From Dehalococcoidales bacterium (GTDB taxonomy: Bacteria > Chloroflexota > Dehalococcoidia > Dehalococcoidales > BS750m-G39), in assembly GCA_034419075.1 (NCBI GenBank), contig DAOULR010000004.1, forward strand, positions 42,511-106,510: DNA of 64,000 bases, given 5' to 3'. The notes under the pieces are model-generated. The model saw only the letters and a list, made by a program, of their open reading frames with translations, was not told where the DNA came from and made no database searches. A program made the translations under genes and the position numbers. Positions within the stretch are counted from its first letter, which is position 1; every line of letters starts with the position of its first letter. Positions 18,963 to 30,942 of this stretch are shown here, piece by piece.

Positions 18963-19232
18963 TCAGTCCTGTGGTGATTCGGCCTTGAGCTTTTCGTAGT
19001 ATTCGAGCTTGCCGGTGGTTACCATCTCGGTCAGTTTTTTGCTGATGGCTTCGCCGGCGCCGGGGATTTCGTTTAAGCGGTTTTCTTTGACTAATTGCTC
19101 CACGGGCACGGGCAGGCTTTCAATTGAGCGGGCCACCTTCTGGTAGGCCCTGATTTTGAAGATATTCTCCTTTTTGGCCATGAGCCTTTGGGCGATGTCG
19201 TCAAAGATGGCGGATATCTCTGAGTTTTTCAT
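18963..19232 (-). CDS. Stand-alone helix-hairpin-helix protein resembling the PolX/Pol-beta N-terminal 8-kDa domain
   Basis: Start at ATG 19230-19232 (MKNSEISAIFDDIAQRLMAKKENIFKIRAYQKVARSIESLP...LNEIPGAGEAISKKLTEMVTTGKLEYYEKL). Pattern recalled from PolX N-termini. The track start 19322 would overlap the upstream gene. Confidence 0.55.
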   Translation of the reverse strand: MKNSEISAIFDDIAQRLMAKKENIFKIRAYQKVARSIESLPVPVEQLVKENRLNEIPGAGEAISKKLTEMVTTGKLEYYEKLKAESPQD

Positions 19233-19242
19233 GAGGATACCA

Positions 19243-19467
19243 CTAAATTTCCTCGAACTTAGACACTCCCCAAGCGTGGCACTCGGGGCAACCGACTGGT
19301 TGGCCGATTTCTGCATCGCCAAAGTCTCTGTTCTTCACCCAGTCGGGGCAATCCTCGATATATTCGGGTGCTTCCTCGTTCGAGGCAACGCAATAGCTAT
19401 AATCAGTGAATTGGTAAATCAGCTTGTTCCCACTATAGCCGCAGTTCAAACACTTATATTGCATCAT
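19243..19467 (-). CDS. Zinc-ribbon protein (74 aa)
   Basis: CLNC near the N-terminus and CPEC near the C-terminus (MMQYKCLNCGY...GCPECHAWG). Acidic middle. Sits in the AT-richer islet with the EVE gene. Confidence 0.55.
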   Translation of the reverse strand: MMQYKCLNCGYSGNKLIYQFTDYSYCVASNEEAPEYIEDCPDWVKNRDFGDAEIGQPVGCPECHAWGVSKFEEI

Positions 19468-19509
19468 ATCTCCTCCTACAATTTTCTCATCCCCTTTGCC
19501 TCCGAGATA

Positions 19510-20325
19510 TTAAATGCCAAGCCCCTTTTCGAAATCCATATAAGATTTCTTGCGGTTATAGAGTTCTTCTACCTTATCCAATTCAATAGGTTTCACGTAA
19601 TCTCTAATTTCGTGAAAAGTCCCTGAGAGCAAATTCTCAGCCTTTTTGAGGTCTGCCTCGGATGCCACGATAAAAATACGGCTGTTCCATAAATCAAAAG
19701 CGTGTTTCAGTTTCGCTAATGCGTGATAAATATCCCCGCCAACTTGAACCTCAAAGACGTATGTAGGTACAGAATTTGTTACTCTTCTCCAGACGACGTC
19801 TAGTTTTCCTATATCAAATTGGTATTCTTGTTCGGCAATAAAGTTTTGGAGTTTACCGATTTCAATTAATTTTTGTTTAACTTGCTGGTGTAAAGATAAG
19901 GCTTGTTCAGCGCTGGGCGTTGGAGCTGGTTGGAGTTGCGAAACCATCTGTTGTGCAAATTCTGGCTCTAGCGAATGAAAGCCCATCCCAGCCTTAAGTT
20001 TTAAGGCATCGGAGGTTACTTGCTGCGTATTCCATGCATTAGGCGGGAGGCAATAACCCACGTTAAATTCGAAACGTAGCGGCCATTTTACGTTTCCCTC
20101 AGAAATTTCTTGGGGCCAAAGTGGTCTATCTTGCCGAAATTTGGCTTGAACGGTGCCGTATCCAATCAGTCCACTAATGGGCTTTGTGACGTAGAATAGT
20201 ACTAAGTCATTCTCGGCAAGACCATTCCACCAATGTTTTTGCCTTGTGGTTAGGCCCCAAATACCTCCTTGCTCCAAAGCAATTTCCCAATTTTCAGGAG
20301 GGCCCACAGCTAGCCAGTAATTCAT
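19510..20325 (-). CDS. EVE/ASCH-type PUA-like domain fused to a restriction-endonuclease-like C-terminal domain (candidate modification-dependent nuclease)
   Basis: 271 aa. N-terminal MNYWLAVGPPENWEIALEQGGIWGL...NDLVLFYVTKPISGLIGYGTV fits the EVE/PUA-like pattern. C-terminal GKLDVVW...YVFEVQVGG resembles a D...ExK/Q nuclease core. Visibly AT-rich. RBS GGAGGTGA overlaps the secA stop. Confidence 0.6.
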   Translation of the reverse strand: MNYWLAVGPPENWEIALEQGGIWGLTTRQKHWWNGLAENDLVLFYVTKPISGLIGYGTVQAKFRQDRPLWPQEISEGNVKWPLRFEFNVGYCLPPNAWNTQQVTSDALKLKAGMGFHSLEPEFAQQMVSQLQPAPTPSAEQALSLHQQVKQKLIEIGKLQNFIAEQEYQFDIGKLDVVWRRVTNSVPTYVFEVQVGGDIYHALAKLKHAFDLWNSRIFIVASEADLKKAENLLSGTFHEIRDYVKPIELDKVEELYNRKKSYMDFEKGLGI

Positions 20326-20328
20326 TCC

Positions 20329-22987
<2,659 letters not shown>

Positions 22988-22995
<8 letters not shown>

Positions 22996-23233
22996 TTTCT
23001 TCTTCCCCGATTAACCTTCTGGCCTCCTCGGCTTTCGATTCGCTGACCATGACCTTATACTCCCCCATCCCGTCCACCGTGAATACGTGCACGGAGGGCG
23101 CGGCATGGGATTTGAGGATGGAGGGTATGCCGTTAGCCTCCAGCAGGCTCTTGATGATGAGGGCATCGGCTTCGCCGAGAGCCTTATATACTTCCACTAG
23201 TTTTAGCTGTTTGCCCATATTGTCTCTATTCAA
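22988..23233 (-). CDS. DUF2007-like small protein
   Basis: 81 aa (or 76 from MGKQ at 23218). LVEVYKALGEADALIIKSLLEANGIPS...KVMVSESKAEEARRLI fits the DUF2007 pattern. Overlaps the secA start by 8 nt. Confidence 0.55.
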
Positions 23234-24164
23234 ACATAGCCCCGATAGATAGCCCGGTATGGATGCGGTGGATGGCTTCGCCCAGCAGCGGGGCTATGGG
23301 CAGGACGGTAATCTTATCCAGCTTCTTTTTGCCGCCAATGGGGACGGTGTCGGTGACCACCACCTCTTTGATGGGGGCGTCGGCTATCTTTTGTACCGCC
23401 GAGCCGGAGAATATGGGGTGGGTGCAACAGGCGTATGTCTCCTTGACGCCGCGCTTTTCCAGCGCCTTAACCACGCTTATCAAAGAGCCAGCGGTGTCTA
23501 TCTCGTCGTCCACGGTGAGGGCCACCTTGCCGGATACCTCACCGATGACGTTCATCGTTTCCGCCTCATCAAGGTTGCCTATCCGCCTCTTTTCCATGAT
23601 GGCCAGGGAGGCATCAAGTGCGGCGGCCAGGTCCCGCGCCCGCTTGGTGATGCCGATATCGGTGGCGACTACCACCAGGTCTTTGAGATTCTTGGCCTTG
23701 AAGTAGTTGACGAAGAGCTTAAGGGCGGTGAGCTCGTCGACGGGTATGTTGAAGAAACCCTGAATCTGGGCGGCGTGCAGGTCCACCGTAAGCAGGCGGT
23801 TGGCGCCGGCCACAGTGAGCAAATCGGCCACCAGTCGGGCCGTTATGGGTACGCGGGGCTGGTCTTTCTTGTCGGTGCGCCCGTAGCCGTAGTGCGGGAC
23901 AACGGCGGTGATACGCCCCGCCGAGGCTCGCTTCAGGGCGTCGAGCATGATGAGCAGCTCTACCAGGTTGTTGTTTACCGGCGAGCAGAGAGGCTGGATA
24001 ACGAAGGTGTCCCGCTGGCGGACGTTTTCCAGGATGCGGACGAATATATTCTCGTTCTTGAAGGTGAAAACCTCGCATTTTCCCAGTGGTATCTTGAGAT
24101 ATTCCGCCACCGCTTTGGCCAGGGTAGGGTGGGCATTACCGGTGAATACCTTTAGCTCATCCAT
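23226..24164 (-). CDS. prs: Ribose-phosphate pyrophosphokinase
   Basis: 312 aa. PRPP-synthetase motifs (GYGRTDKK, VDLHAAQIQGFF, PRPP-binding loop DDEIDTAGS). Confidence 0.92.
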   Translation of the reverse strand: MDELKVFTGNAHPTLAKAVAEYLKIPLGKCEVFTFKNENIFVRILENVRQRDTFVIQPLCSPVNNNLVELLIMLDALKRASAGRITAVVPHYGYGRTDKKDQPRVPITARLVADLLTVAGANRLLTVDLHAAQIQGFFNIPVDELTALKLFVNYFKAKNLKDLVVVATDIGITKRARDLAAALDASLAIMEKRRIGNLDEAETMNVIGEVSGKVALTVDDEIDTAGSLISVVKALEKRGVKETYACCTHPIFSGSAVQKIADAPIKEVVVTDTVPIGGKKKLDKITVLPIAPLLGEAIHRIHTGLSIGAMFE

Positions 24165-24238
24165 ACTCGTTGTCTCCTCTCGAATACGGCTTTAACTCAT
24201 TATAGCACTATTGTTTATCTGGCTCATCCCCTTTTTGG

Positions 24239-24485
24239 CCCCACCCCTTGTTTGGCGAATGTGTGATTTTCCTACCCAACCTCCCCACTCTGTCGGCGTA
24301 CGTTGTTCTGACCCGCCCTGCCCACCCAACAGAAGTCTTTCTAAGAGGGGGCAAAGCCCCCTCTTAAACTCCCCCAAGGTAAAGAAGCTATGAACGTGAC
24401 CCTTGAAGGGGGATATCTAAGGGGCACCACCCTTGTAGGGTGGGTATTGGGTGGGAAAGAAAGACGTACGCTAAACAGGGGGTAG
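24239..24485. repeat. MITE-like palindromic element, copy B (~247 bp)
   Basis: Left terminus is CCCCACCCCTTGTTTGGCG. The right arm (24408-24485) is the reverse complement of the arm seen at 25805 and 53667. Internal GGGGGCAAAGCCCCC hairpin. No clear TSD. Confidence 0.65.
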
Positions 24486-24492
24486 CGCTTCC

Positions 24493-25737
24493 TTAATCAT
24501 CAATGCCGGGCACGGGGAAGCGGGCGCACATCTCGGCGACTTCTTGTGCCGCCTTTTTCTGCACACCAGCATCGTCGATGTGGCTGATTACATCAATAAC
24601 CAGCGCGGCAATCTTTTTCATTTCTTCTTTGCCGAAACCGCGCGTGGTCACGGCGGGGGTGCCTAAGCGTATGCCGCCGGTGATGCGGGGCGGGTTGGGG
24701 TCGAAGGGGACGGTGTTGCGGTTGACCACGATGCCCACTTTGCCTAAAGCTTCCTCAGCCTGCTTACCGGTGACGCCCGTTTCGGCCAGGTCGACCAGCA
24801 CCATGTGGTTATCGGTGCCGCCCGAGACGAGGCGCAGGCCGTTCTGTTGCAGCCCCGCCGCCAGCGCTTTAGCGTTATCCAGCACCGCCCGCTGGTAGTC
24901 GGTAAAGGCGGGCTGCATCGCCTCGTGGAAGCAGACCGCCTTGGCGGCGATAACCTGCATCAGGGGGCCACCCTGCATGCGGGGGAAAACGCCGTCGTCA
25001 ACAGCCGCGGCGTAGTCTTTCCAGGAGAGGATAAAGCCACTCCTCGGCCCGCGCAGCGTCTTGTGAGTCGTCGAGGTGACGACCTCGGCATAGGGGATGG
25101 GGGTGGGGTGTAGGCCCACCGCCACCAGCCCCGCGATGTGGGCCATATCCACCATCAGCTTTGCCCCCACCGAGTCGGCGATGTTCCGTAAGCGCTCGAA
25201 ATCTATAATCCGTGGGTAGGCGCTGGCTCCAGCCACAATCAGCTTGGGCTTGTGCTTTTTGGCCAGTTTTTCAATCTCTGGGTAGTCCATCCGCTCCGTT
25301 TCGCGGTTGACACCGTAGTGGATGAATTTATAGTCCTTGCCCGAAAAGCTGACCCTGTCGCCGTGGGTGAGGTGGCCGCCGTGGGCCAGGCTCATGCCCA
25401 TGACGGTGTCGCCGTGCTCCAGCAGGGCGTAGTAGGCCGCCATATTGGCTTGAGAGCCGCTGTGGGGCTGGACGTTGGCGTGGTCGGCGCGGAACAATTC
25501 TTTAGCCCGCTCGGTGGCCAGTTTTTCCAGGAGGTCCATATTTTCGCAGCCACCGTAGTAACGCTGGCTGGGGTAGCCTTCAGCGTATTTGTTGGTCAGG
25601 AAGGTGCCTTCGGCCTGCATGACCGCACGGCTGGCGTAGTTTTCCGAGGCGATGAGGTTGATGGTCTCTTTCTGGCGTTTGCCTTCAAGGGCGATGACAC
25701 GGCTGATTTCGGGGTCGACTTTGCCTAAAGAATCCAT
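24493..25737 (-). CDS. glyA: Serine hydroxymethyltransferase
   Basis: Start at ATG 25735-25737 behind GAGGAGAA ([14 protein letters not shown]...). PLP-Lys motif [10 protein letters not shown]. The track start 25794 adds 19 unlikely residues. Confidence 0.93.
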   Translation of the reverse strand: MDSLGKVDPEISRVIALEGKRQKETINLIASENYASRAVMQAEGTFLTNKYAEGYPSQRYYGGCENMDLLEKLATERAKELFRADHANVQPHSGSQANMAAYYALLEHGDTVMGMSLAHGGHLTHGDRVSFSGKDYKFIHYGVNRETERMDYPEIEKLAKKHKPKLIVAGASAYPRIIDFERLRNIADSVGAKLMVDMAHIAGLVAVGLHPTPIPYAEVVTSTTHKTLRGPRSGFILSWKDYAAAVDDGVFPRMQGGPLMQVIAAKAVCFHEAMQPAFTDYQRAVLDNAKALAAGLQQNGLRLVSGGTDNHMVLVDLAETGVTGKQAEEALGKVGIVVNRNTVPFDPNPPRITGGIRLGTPAVTTRGFGKEEMKKIAALVIDVISHIDDAGVQKKAAQEVAEMCARFPVPGIDD

Positions 25738-25762
25738 GGCTTCTCCTCTTCTGCTTTGATAA

Positions 25763-25791
25763 AGTCTACAACTGCGGTTAGTTAGTGTCAA
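25763..25791 (-). promoter_or_regulatory. glyA promoter
   Basis: Minus strand TTGACA, 17-nt spacer, TAGACT, about 25 nt upstream of the glyA ATG. Confidence 0.55.
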
Positions 25792-25804
25792 CAAATAATT
25801 ATAG

Positions 25805-25889
25805 CCCCACCCCCACCTTGTTTAGCATACGTATTATCTTCCCACCCAATACCCACCCTATAAGGGGGTGTGCCCCTTATATATCCTCC
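25805..25889. repeat. Solo arm of the MITE-like element, copy C
   Basis: CCCCACCCCCACCTTGTTTAGCATACGT...CCCACCCAATACCCACCCTATAAGGGGGTGTGCCCCTTATATATCC. About 85% identical by eye to 53667-53745 and to the reverse complement of 24408-24485. Confidence 0.65.
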
Positions 25890-25936
25890 TTAGAGTTGCC
25901 CCACCTATTCCCTGATGGAGGCTGTAGTGCTATTAT

Positions 25937-26308
25937 ATGGGTATGAGTCACCGAAGAGGCAATAAAATAGTCCTTTTGGCAAGCACCCTGATAATAGTGT
26001 GTCTTTTTATGCCCGCCTTATTCATCTCATGCGAACCAGGCGGTGAACCTATAATTGAGAACCAGACCAGTCAAGATGTTAACATTTACATAATAGATGT
26101 TCTTAGTGATGGCACTTTGGGAGAAGCAATAGATTACGGAGTCATTTTAGCCCATAGTACCAAGCAGATAGCTAGTATCATCTTTATAAAACCCGAATGG
26201 GTGTATAGAATTCAAGCAAAAGATCCATCAGGTAAAGTCGTGTTTTCGCATGATTACAATTATTATGACCTCGAAGAGATATCTTGGAGGATAACGATAC
26301 CGCCATAG
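25937..26308 (+). CDS. Orphan putative lipoprotein (123 aa), AT-rich
   Basis: Signal/lipobox-like LFISC after a hydrophobic segment. No recognisable domain. Composition clearly AT-richer than its flanks. Confidence 0.5.
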   Translation: MGMSHRRGNKIVLLASTLIIVCLFMPALFISCEPGGEPIIENQTSQDVNIYIIDVLSDGTLGEAIDYGVILAHSTKQIASIIFIKPEWVYRIQAKDPSGKVVFSHDYNYYDLEEISWRITIPP

Positions 26309-26369
26309 GCTCTGTCCCCCCAGTGAAAAGTTTGCCAGCCGAAGGCCGCTCCCGCCCCAAAATTTTCAA

Positions 26370-26398
26370 TTGACTTGACATATTGCCCGTGCTATCAT
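26370..26398 (+). promoter_or_regulatory. Promoter for udg-rnj-ftsK string
   Basis: TTGACT, 17-nt spacer, TATCAT, 13 nt before the first candidate start. Confidence 0.5.
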
Positions 26399-26411
26399 AA
26401 TTAAAAGGCTG

Positions 26412-27011
26412 GTGAGTATGTCGGCTCTCAGTGAGCTAAATAAAGAGATTGCGCTTTGCCAGCAGTGTGAAATAGCTAAATATCGAAATAGGGTGGTGCC
26501 TGGAGAAGGGGCGGAGGCTGCCGATATCATGTTTATTGGTGAGGCGCCTGGCTGGCACGAAGACCAGCAGGGGCGACCTTTCGTGGGGCCGGCGGGGAAA
26601 TACCTCGACGAACTGCTAGCAACCATCGGACTGAAGCGGGCACAGGTTTACATCGCCAACGTGATAAAGTGCCGTCCTCAGGGGAACCGAGACCCCTTGC
26701 CCATGGAAATCCAGAATTGCCGCTTATGGCTGGAACGCCAGATTGAGATTATCAGTCCCAGGATGATTGTCACCTTAGGGCGTTACTCCATGGCCATGTT
26801 CTTCCCCGGCAAGAGCATCAGCAAGATTCACGGCACCGTGCAGAAGCGGGATGACGTGCTCTATTACGCCATGTATCACCCCGCGGCGGCCTTACATCAA
26901 GGCAGCCTGCGCCAGGAGATAGAGACGGATATGCTCAAGATACCGACACTGCTCAAACAGTCAGAGACAATTAAGGAGGAAAAACCACCAGAGCAGTTAA
27001 CCATGTTCTAG
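26412..27011 (+). CDS. udg: Family-4 uracil-DNA glycosylase
   Basis: 199 aa (GTG 26412 or ATG 26418). Motif A GEAPG (FIGEAPGWHEDQQGRPFVGPAG), Cys cluster CQQC, motif B HPAA. Confidence 0.85.
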   Translation: MSMSALSELNKEIALCQQCEIAKYRNRVVPGEGAEAADIMFIGEAPGWHEDQQGRPFVGPAGKYLDELLATIGLKRAQVYIANVIKCRPQGNRDPLPMEIQNCRLWLERQIEIISPRMIVTLGRYSMAMFFPGKSISKIHGTVQKRDDVLYYAMYHPAAALHQGSLRQEIETDMLKIPTLLKQSETIKEEKPPEQLTMF

Positions 27012-27022
27012 GTGAAACCAAG

Positions 27023-28699
27023 TTGAGAAAACCAAAAAACAGAAACCAATCAAAACTTAAGATAATCCCCTTGGGGGGGTTATCCGAAATCGGCAAGAAC
27101 ATGATGGCGTTGGAATACGAAAACGACATCATGATTATCGATGCCGGTCTTATGTTCCCCGGGGAGGAAATGCTGGGCATCGACCTGGTAATCCCCGACA
27201 TCAGCTACTTGCTGGAGAATAAGGAGAAGGTGCGGGGTATCGTTATTACCCACGGCCATGAAGACCATATCGGCGCCTTGCCCTATCTCCTGCCCCAGCT
27301 TAATGTGCCCGTCTATTCCACCAAGCTACCCCACGGCTTAATCTCGGTGAAGCTCAAGGAGAGAAAGGCGCTGGAGGGGGCCAAGCTCAAGGCGGTGGAC
27401 TACAACCAGCCGATATCGCTGGGCAGATTTAATGTGGAGTTATTCCCGGTCTGCCACAGCATACCCGACGCCGCCGGGCTGATTATACATACCCCGATAG
27501 GCACCATCGTCCACAGCGGTGATTTTAAGCTGGACTATACCCCGGTTCACGGCAAACCCACCGACCTTTCCCGGCTGGCGCGACTGGGGGCGCAGGGAGT
27601 GTTATTGCTCATGGCCGATTCCACCTACTCCGAGCTGCCCGGTTATACCCCGTCGGAGAGAGTGGTGGGGGAGACGCTGGACAGGGTGATGGCCGAGGCG
27701 CCGGGGAGGGTGATTGTGACCACCTTCTCCTCGCTGGTATCGCGCATCCAGCAGGTCATTGACGCCGCCGCAAAACACAATAGACGGGTCTTCGTCGTCG
27801 GGCGCAGCATGACTGATATCGTCAAGATGACGCTGGAGCTGGGTTACCTCAAGGCGCCCAACGGCATACTGGCTAATATAGACGATCTTAAAAAGATGCC
27901 GCGCAATAGAGTGGTCCTGGTGACCACGGGCAGCCAGGGCGAGCCGACCTCGGCGCTGGTGCGCATCGCCAATAGAGACCACCGCCACGTCCATATCCTC
28001 AAAGGGGACACCGTAGTCCTCTCGGCGACGGCGGTGCCGGGCAACGAGGCCCTGATTAACCGCACCGTGGACTCCCTGTTTAAGCAGGGGGCGCAGGTGC
28101 TCTACGATAAAGTAGCCAAGGTGCACGTGCACGGACACGGCAGCCAGGAAGAGCTGAAGCTGCTGCTTAACCTGGTGAGGCCAAGGTTCTTTATCCCCGT
28201 CCACGGCGAGTACCGCCACCTCAGCCTGCACGCTCAATTAGCCGAGTCGGTGGGTATTCCCAGGTCGAATATCTTCGTCCTCGAGGACGGCGATATCCTA
28301 GAGCTGGGACCCAGCGGGGGCAAGGTAATGGGCAAGGTCAGCTCGGGCAACGTCTATGTTGACGGCCTGAGCGTGGGCGACATCGGCAGCGTTGTTCTGC
28401 GCGACCGCAGAATGCTATCGCGGGATGGGGTGGTTATGGTGGTTATTACGGTTAACCGGCAGACGGGGAAGCTGGTAGGGCGCCCGGATATCATCTCCCG
28501 CGGCTTTGTCGAGCCTGGAGAGACTAAGGATATGATAGATAAAAGCCGCGACCTGGTGGCTAAAACCCTGGACCACAGCGGCGTGCGTCCCGCTGAGTGG
28601 GGCTATATCAATGCCAAGGTCAGGGATATATTGCATAAATACTACTACGACCAGACCAAACGCCGACCCATGATACTGCCGGTTATGGTCAAGGTGTAA
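27023..28699 (+). CDS. rnj: Ribonuclease J
   Basis: 558 aa, TTG start. Beta-lactamase/beta-CASP with ITHGHEDHIG. Typical LKIIPLGGLSEIGKN N-terminus. Confidence 0.9.
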   Translation: MRKPKNRNQSKLKIIPLGGLSEIGKNMMALEYENDIMIIDAGLMFPGEEMLGIDLVIPDISYLLENKEKVRGIVITHGHEDHIGALPYLLPQLNVPVYSTKLPHGLISVKLKERKALEGAKLKAVDYNQPISLGRFNVELFPVCHSIPDAAGLIIHTPIGTIVHSGDFKLDYTPVHGKPTDLSRLARLGAQGVLLLMADSTYSELPGYTPSERVVGETLDRVMAEAPGRVIVTTFSSLVSRIQQVIDAAAKHNRRVFVVGRSMTDIVKMTLELGYLKAPNGILANIDDLKKMPRNRVVLVTTGSQGEPTSALVRIANRDHRHVHILKGDTVVLSATAVPGNEALINRTVDSLFKQGAQVLYDKVAKVHVHGHGSQEELKLLLNLVRPRFFIPVHGEYRHLSLHAQLAESVGIPRSNIFVLEDGDILELGPSGGKVMGKVSSGNVYVDGLSVGDIGSVVLRDRRMLSRDGVVMVVITVNRQTGKLVGRPDIISRGFVEPGETKDMIDKSRDLVAKTLDHSGVRPAEWGYINAKVRDILHKYYYDQTKRRPMILPVMVKV

Positions 28700-28701
28700 G
28701 C

Positions 28702-30915
28702 ATGGCCAGGAAGCGAGCCACTACCAACCGCCAACCCCGCTCTCAACCCAGGTCCAAAAAGGGTTCGGGGGGCAACCGCTTTTTTCGTTTCGTCTTTTCG
28801 GCGCCGGTGCGGCGACTGATACTGACCGTCATCTTCCTGGGGCTGATTATCTGGCAGTGGACGAATATAACTAACTGGCTGGATAGCGTCTGGACGGGCA
28901 CCACCGACCTCTTCGGCTGGGGGCTGCTCTTCTTCTTTCTGGCCCTGGGCTTTATCATCGGGGTGATTTGGGGGCGGCGGGTGCTCTCCGTTATCTACCA
29001 CTGGAACCAGTGGCTGGGCGCCGTCGCTTTTATCTTTGTCGTCTGGGGGATACTGGGCTTCGCCGGGATGGGGGGCAGCTTCGGCGAGGGTATTATCGGC
29101 ACCTCTGGATTCGGCGGAGTCTTCCGGCTGCTGGGGCTGACGCTTCTGGGCTTTATCCTCATCGCCCCCGGCTTTTGCTGGCGGCAGTTGAAGCGATTCC
29201 TGGGCTGGGTGGGGATACAACTGCGTAAGCGCCCTGAGCCCGAAGCGGTCTATCCCGAGCCTTCGTCTCTCGATAGACCTTTAGAACCTCCCGTAATTAC
29301 CCCGCCGCTGACCAAGCCGCCCGACGCCGAAACCACCACGCCCGTGTTGACACCACCACCGGCGGCTGCCGCAGCGGCAGGAATGACGCCTACCCCCGGT
29401 CAGCAGGAATTGCGGCAGGTGGCCCAGGAAGTCTGGAAGAAGTACGGCGAATCTCCCTCGCTGGTTACCGTTGACGGCTGGAGACTACCGCCTATCGATA
29501 TACTGGATAACATCCCCGACGTGGAGTTCGGGCAGGCGGATAACATGCAGCGGGCGCGCCTCATCGAGGAGGCCTTGGCCAGCTACGGCGTGGCCGCTAA
29601 GGTAGTGCAGATAAACGCCGGGCCGGTGGTGACCCAGTTCGGCGTCGAGCCGGGCTGGGACCGCAAGGTGAAAGAGGTCAGGGAGCGGGACAAGGACGGC
29701 AACATCAAGGTCAAGCAGGAGGAGGTTTCCAAGACCCGGGTCAAGGTGGAGCGAATTACCTCTCTCTCCAACGACCTGGCTTTAGCCCTGGCCGCCCCCA
29801 GCATCCGCATCGAAGCCCCGGTGCCGGGAAAATCACTGGTCGGCATTGAGGTGCCCAACACTATCTACGGGCTGGTGAGCCTGCGCGGGGTGGTGGAGAC
29901 CAGCGTCTTCCAGAAGCTCATGCCCAAATCCAAGCTGACGCTGGCGCTGGGCAAGGGGGCGGGGGGGGAGGCAGTGGCCGCCGACCTTTCCCGGATGCCC
30001 CACCTGCTTATCGCCGGGGCGACGGGCAGCGGCAAGACCGTCTGCCTCAACTCCATTATCTGCTGCCTGCTGCTGCACTATACGCCCAACGACCTGCGCT
30101 TCATCATGATTGACCCCAAGCGGGTGGAGATGACGCCCTTCAACAGCATACCGCACCTGGCCACGCCGGTTATCGTTGATACCAACAAGGCGCTGGGCAC
30201 GTTGCGCTGGCTCAATCAGGAGATGGATAAGCGCTACCAGAGGCTGGCCGCCGACGGCGCGCGCAACATCGAGGGCTATAACAAGAGCCGCGGGGGCGAT
30301 GAGAAGCTGCCCTACCTGGTGCTGGTCATCGACGAGCTGGCCGACCTGATGATGGCCGGCTTCGACGAGGTGGAGCACGTCCTCTGCCGATTGGCCCAGC
30401 TGGCCCGCGCCACAGGGATTCACCTTATCGTGGCCACGCAGCGTCCCTCCGTGGACGTGGTCACGGGCCTAATCAAGGCCAACTTCCCCACCCGCATCAG
30501 CTTCGCCGTCACCTCCCAGGTGGACTCGCGAACGATTCTGGATATGGGGGGCGCCGAGAAGCTTTTGGGCAGGGGGGATATGCTCTATATGCCCACCGAG
30601 GCGGCCAAGCCCAAGAGACTGCAGGGCTGTTACGTCTCCGACAATGAGAGGGAGAGGCTGGTCTATTTCTGGGGCAGCCAGCAGCAGGAAGAAGCGGCGT
30701 CGCTGAAAATCGAGGAGATTAGCACCCCCTCAATGGGTAGGGGAGACTACCCGCCCGACCCGCTGCTCGAAGCCGCCCGGCAGCTGGCGCGGGAACACCA
30801 GCACATCTCCACCTCTTTCCTGCAGAGGCGGCTGCACATCGGCTATCCCCGGGCCGCCCGCATTATGGACCAGCTCGAGGAAGAGGGCTTCCGGCGGGAC
30901 GAGAGCCAGGGCTAA
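28702..30915 (+). CDS. ftsK: DNA translocase FtsK/SpoIIIE
   Basis: 737 aa. N-terminal TM helices, Pro-rich linker, Walker A GATGSGKT, Walker B VLVIDELADL, gamma winged-helix end ...YPRAARIMDQLEEEGF. Confidence 0.92.
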   Translation: MARKRATTNRQPRSQPRSKKGSGGNRFFRFVFSAPVRRLILTVIFLGLIIWQWTNITNWLDSVWTGTTDLFGWGLLFFFLALGFIIGVIWGRRVLSVIYHWNQWLGAVAFIFVVWGILGFAGMGGSFGEGIIGTSGFGGVFRLLGLTLLGFILIAPGFCWRQLKRFLGWVGIQLRKRPEPEAVYPEPSSLDRPLEPPVITPPLTKPPDAETTTPVLTPPPAAAAAAGMTPTPGQQELRQVAQEVWKKYGESPSLVTVDGWRLPPIDILDNIPDVEFGQADNMQRARLIEEALASYGVAAKVVQINAGPVVTQFGVEPGWDRKVKEVRERDKDGNIKVKQEEVSKTRVKVERITSLSNDLALALAAPSIRIEAPVPGKSLVGIEVPNTIYGLVSLRGVVETSVFQKLMPKSKLTLALGKGAGGEAVAADLSRMPHLLIAGATGSGKTVCLNSIICCLLLHYTPNDLRFIMIDPKRVEMTPFNSIPHLATPVIVDTNKALGTLRWLNQEMDKRYQRLAADGARNIEGYNKSRGGDEKLPYLVLVIDELADLMMAGFDEVEHVLCRLAQLARATGIHLIVATQRPSVDVVTGLIKANFPTRISFAVTSQVDSRTILDMGGAEKLLGRGDMLYMPTEAAKPKRLQGCYVSDNERERLVYFWGSQQQEEAASLKIEEISTPSMGRGDYPPDPLLEAARQLAREHQHISTSFLQRRLHIGYPRAARIMDQLEEEGFRRDESQG

Positions 30916-30942
30916 GGCAGAGAATTCAAGGGGGGATGGGCC

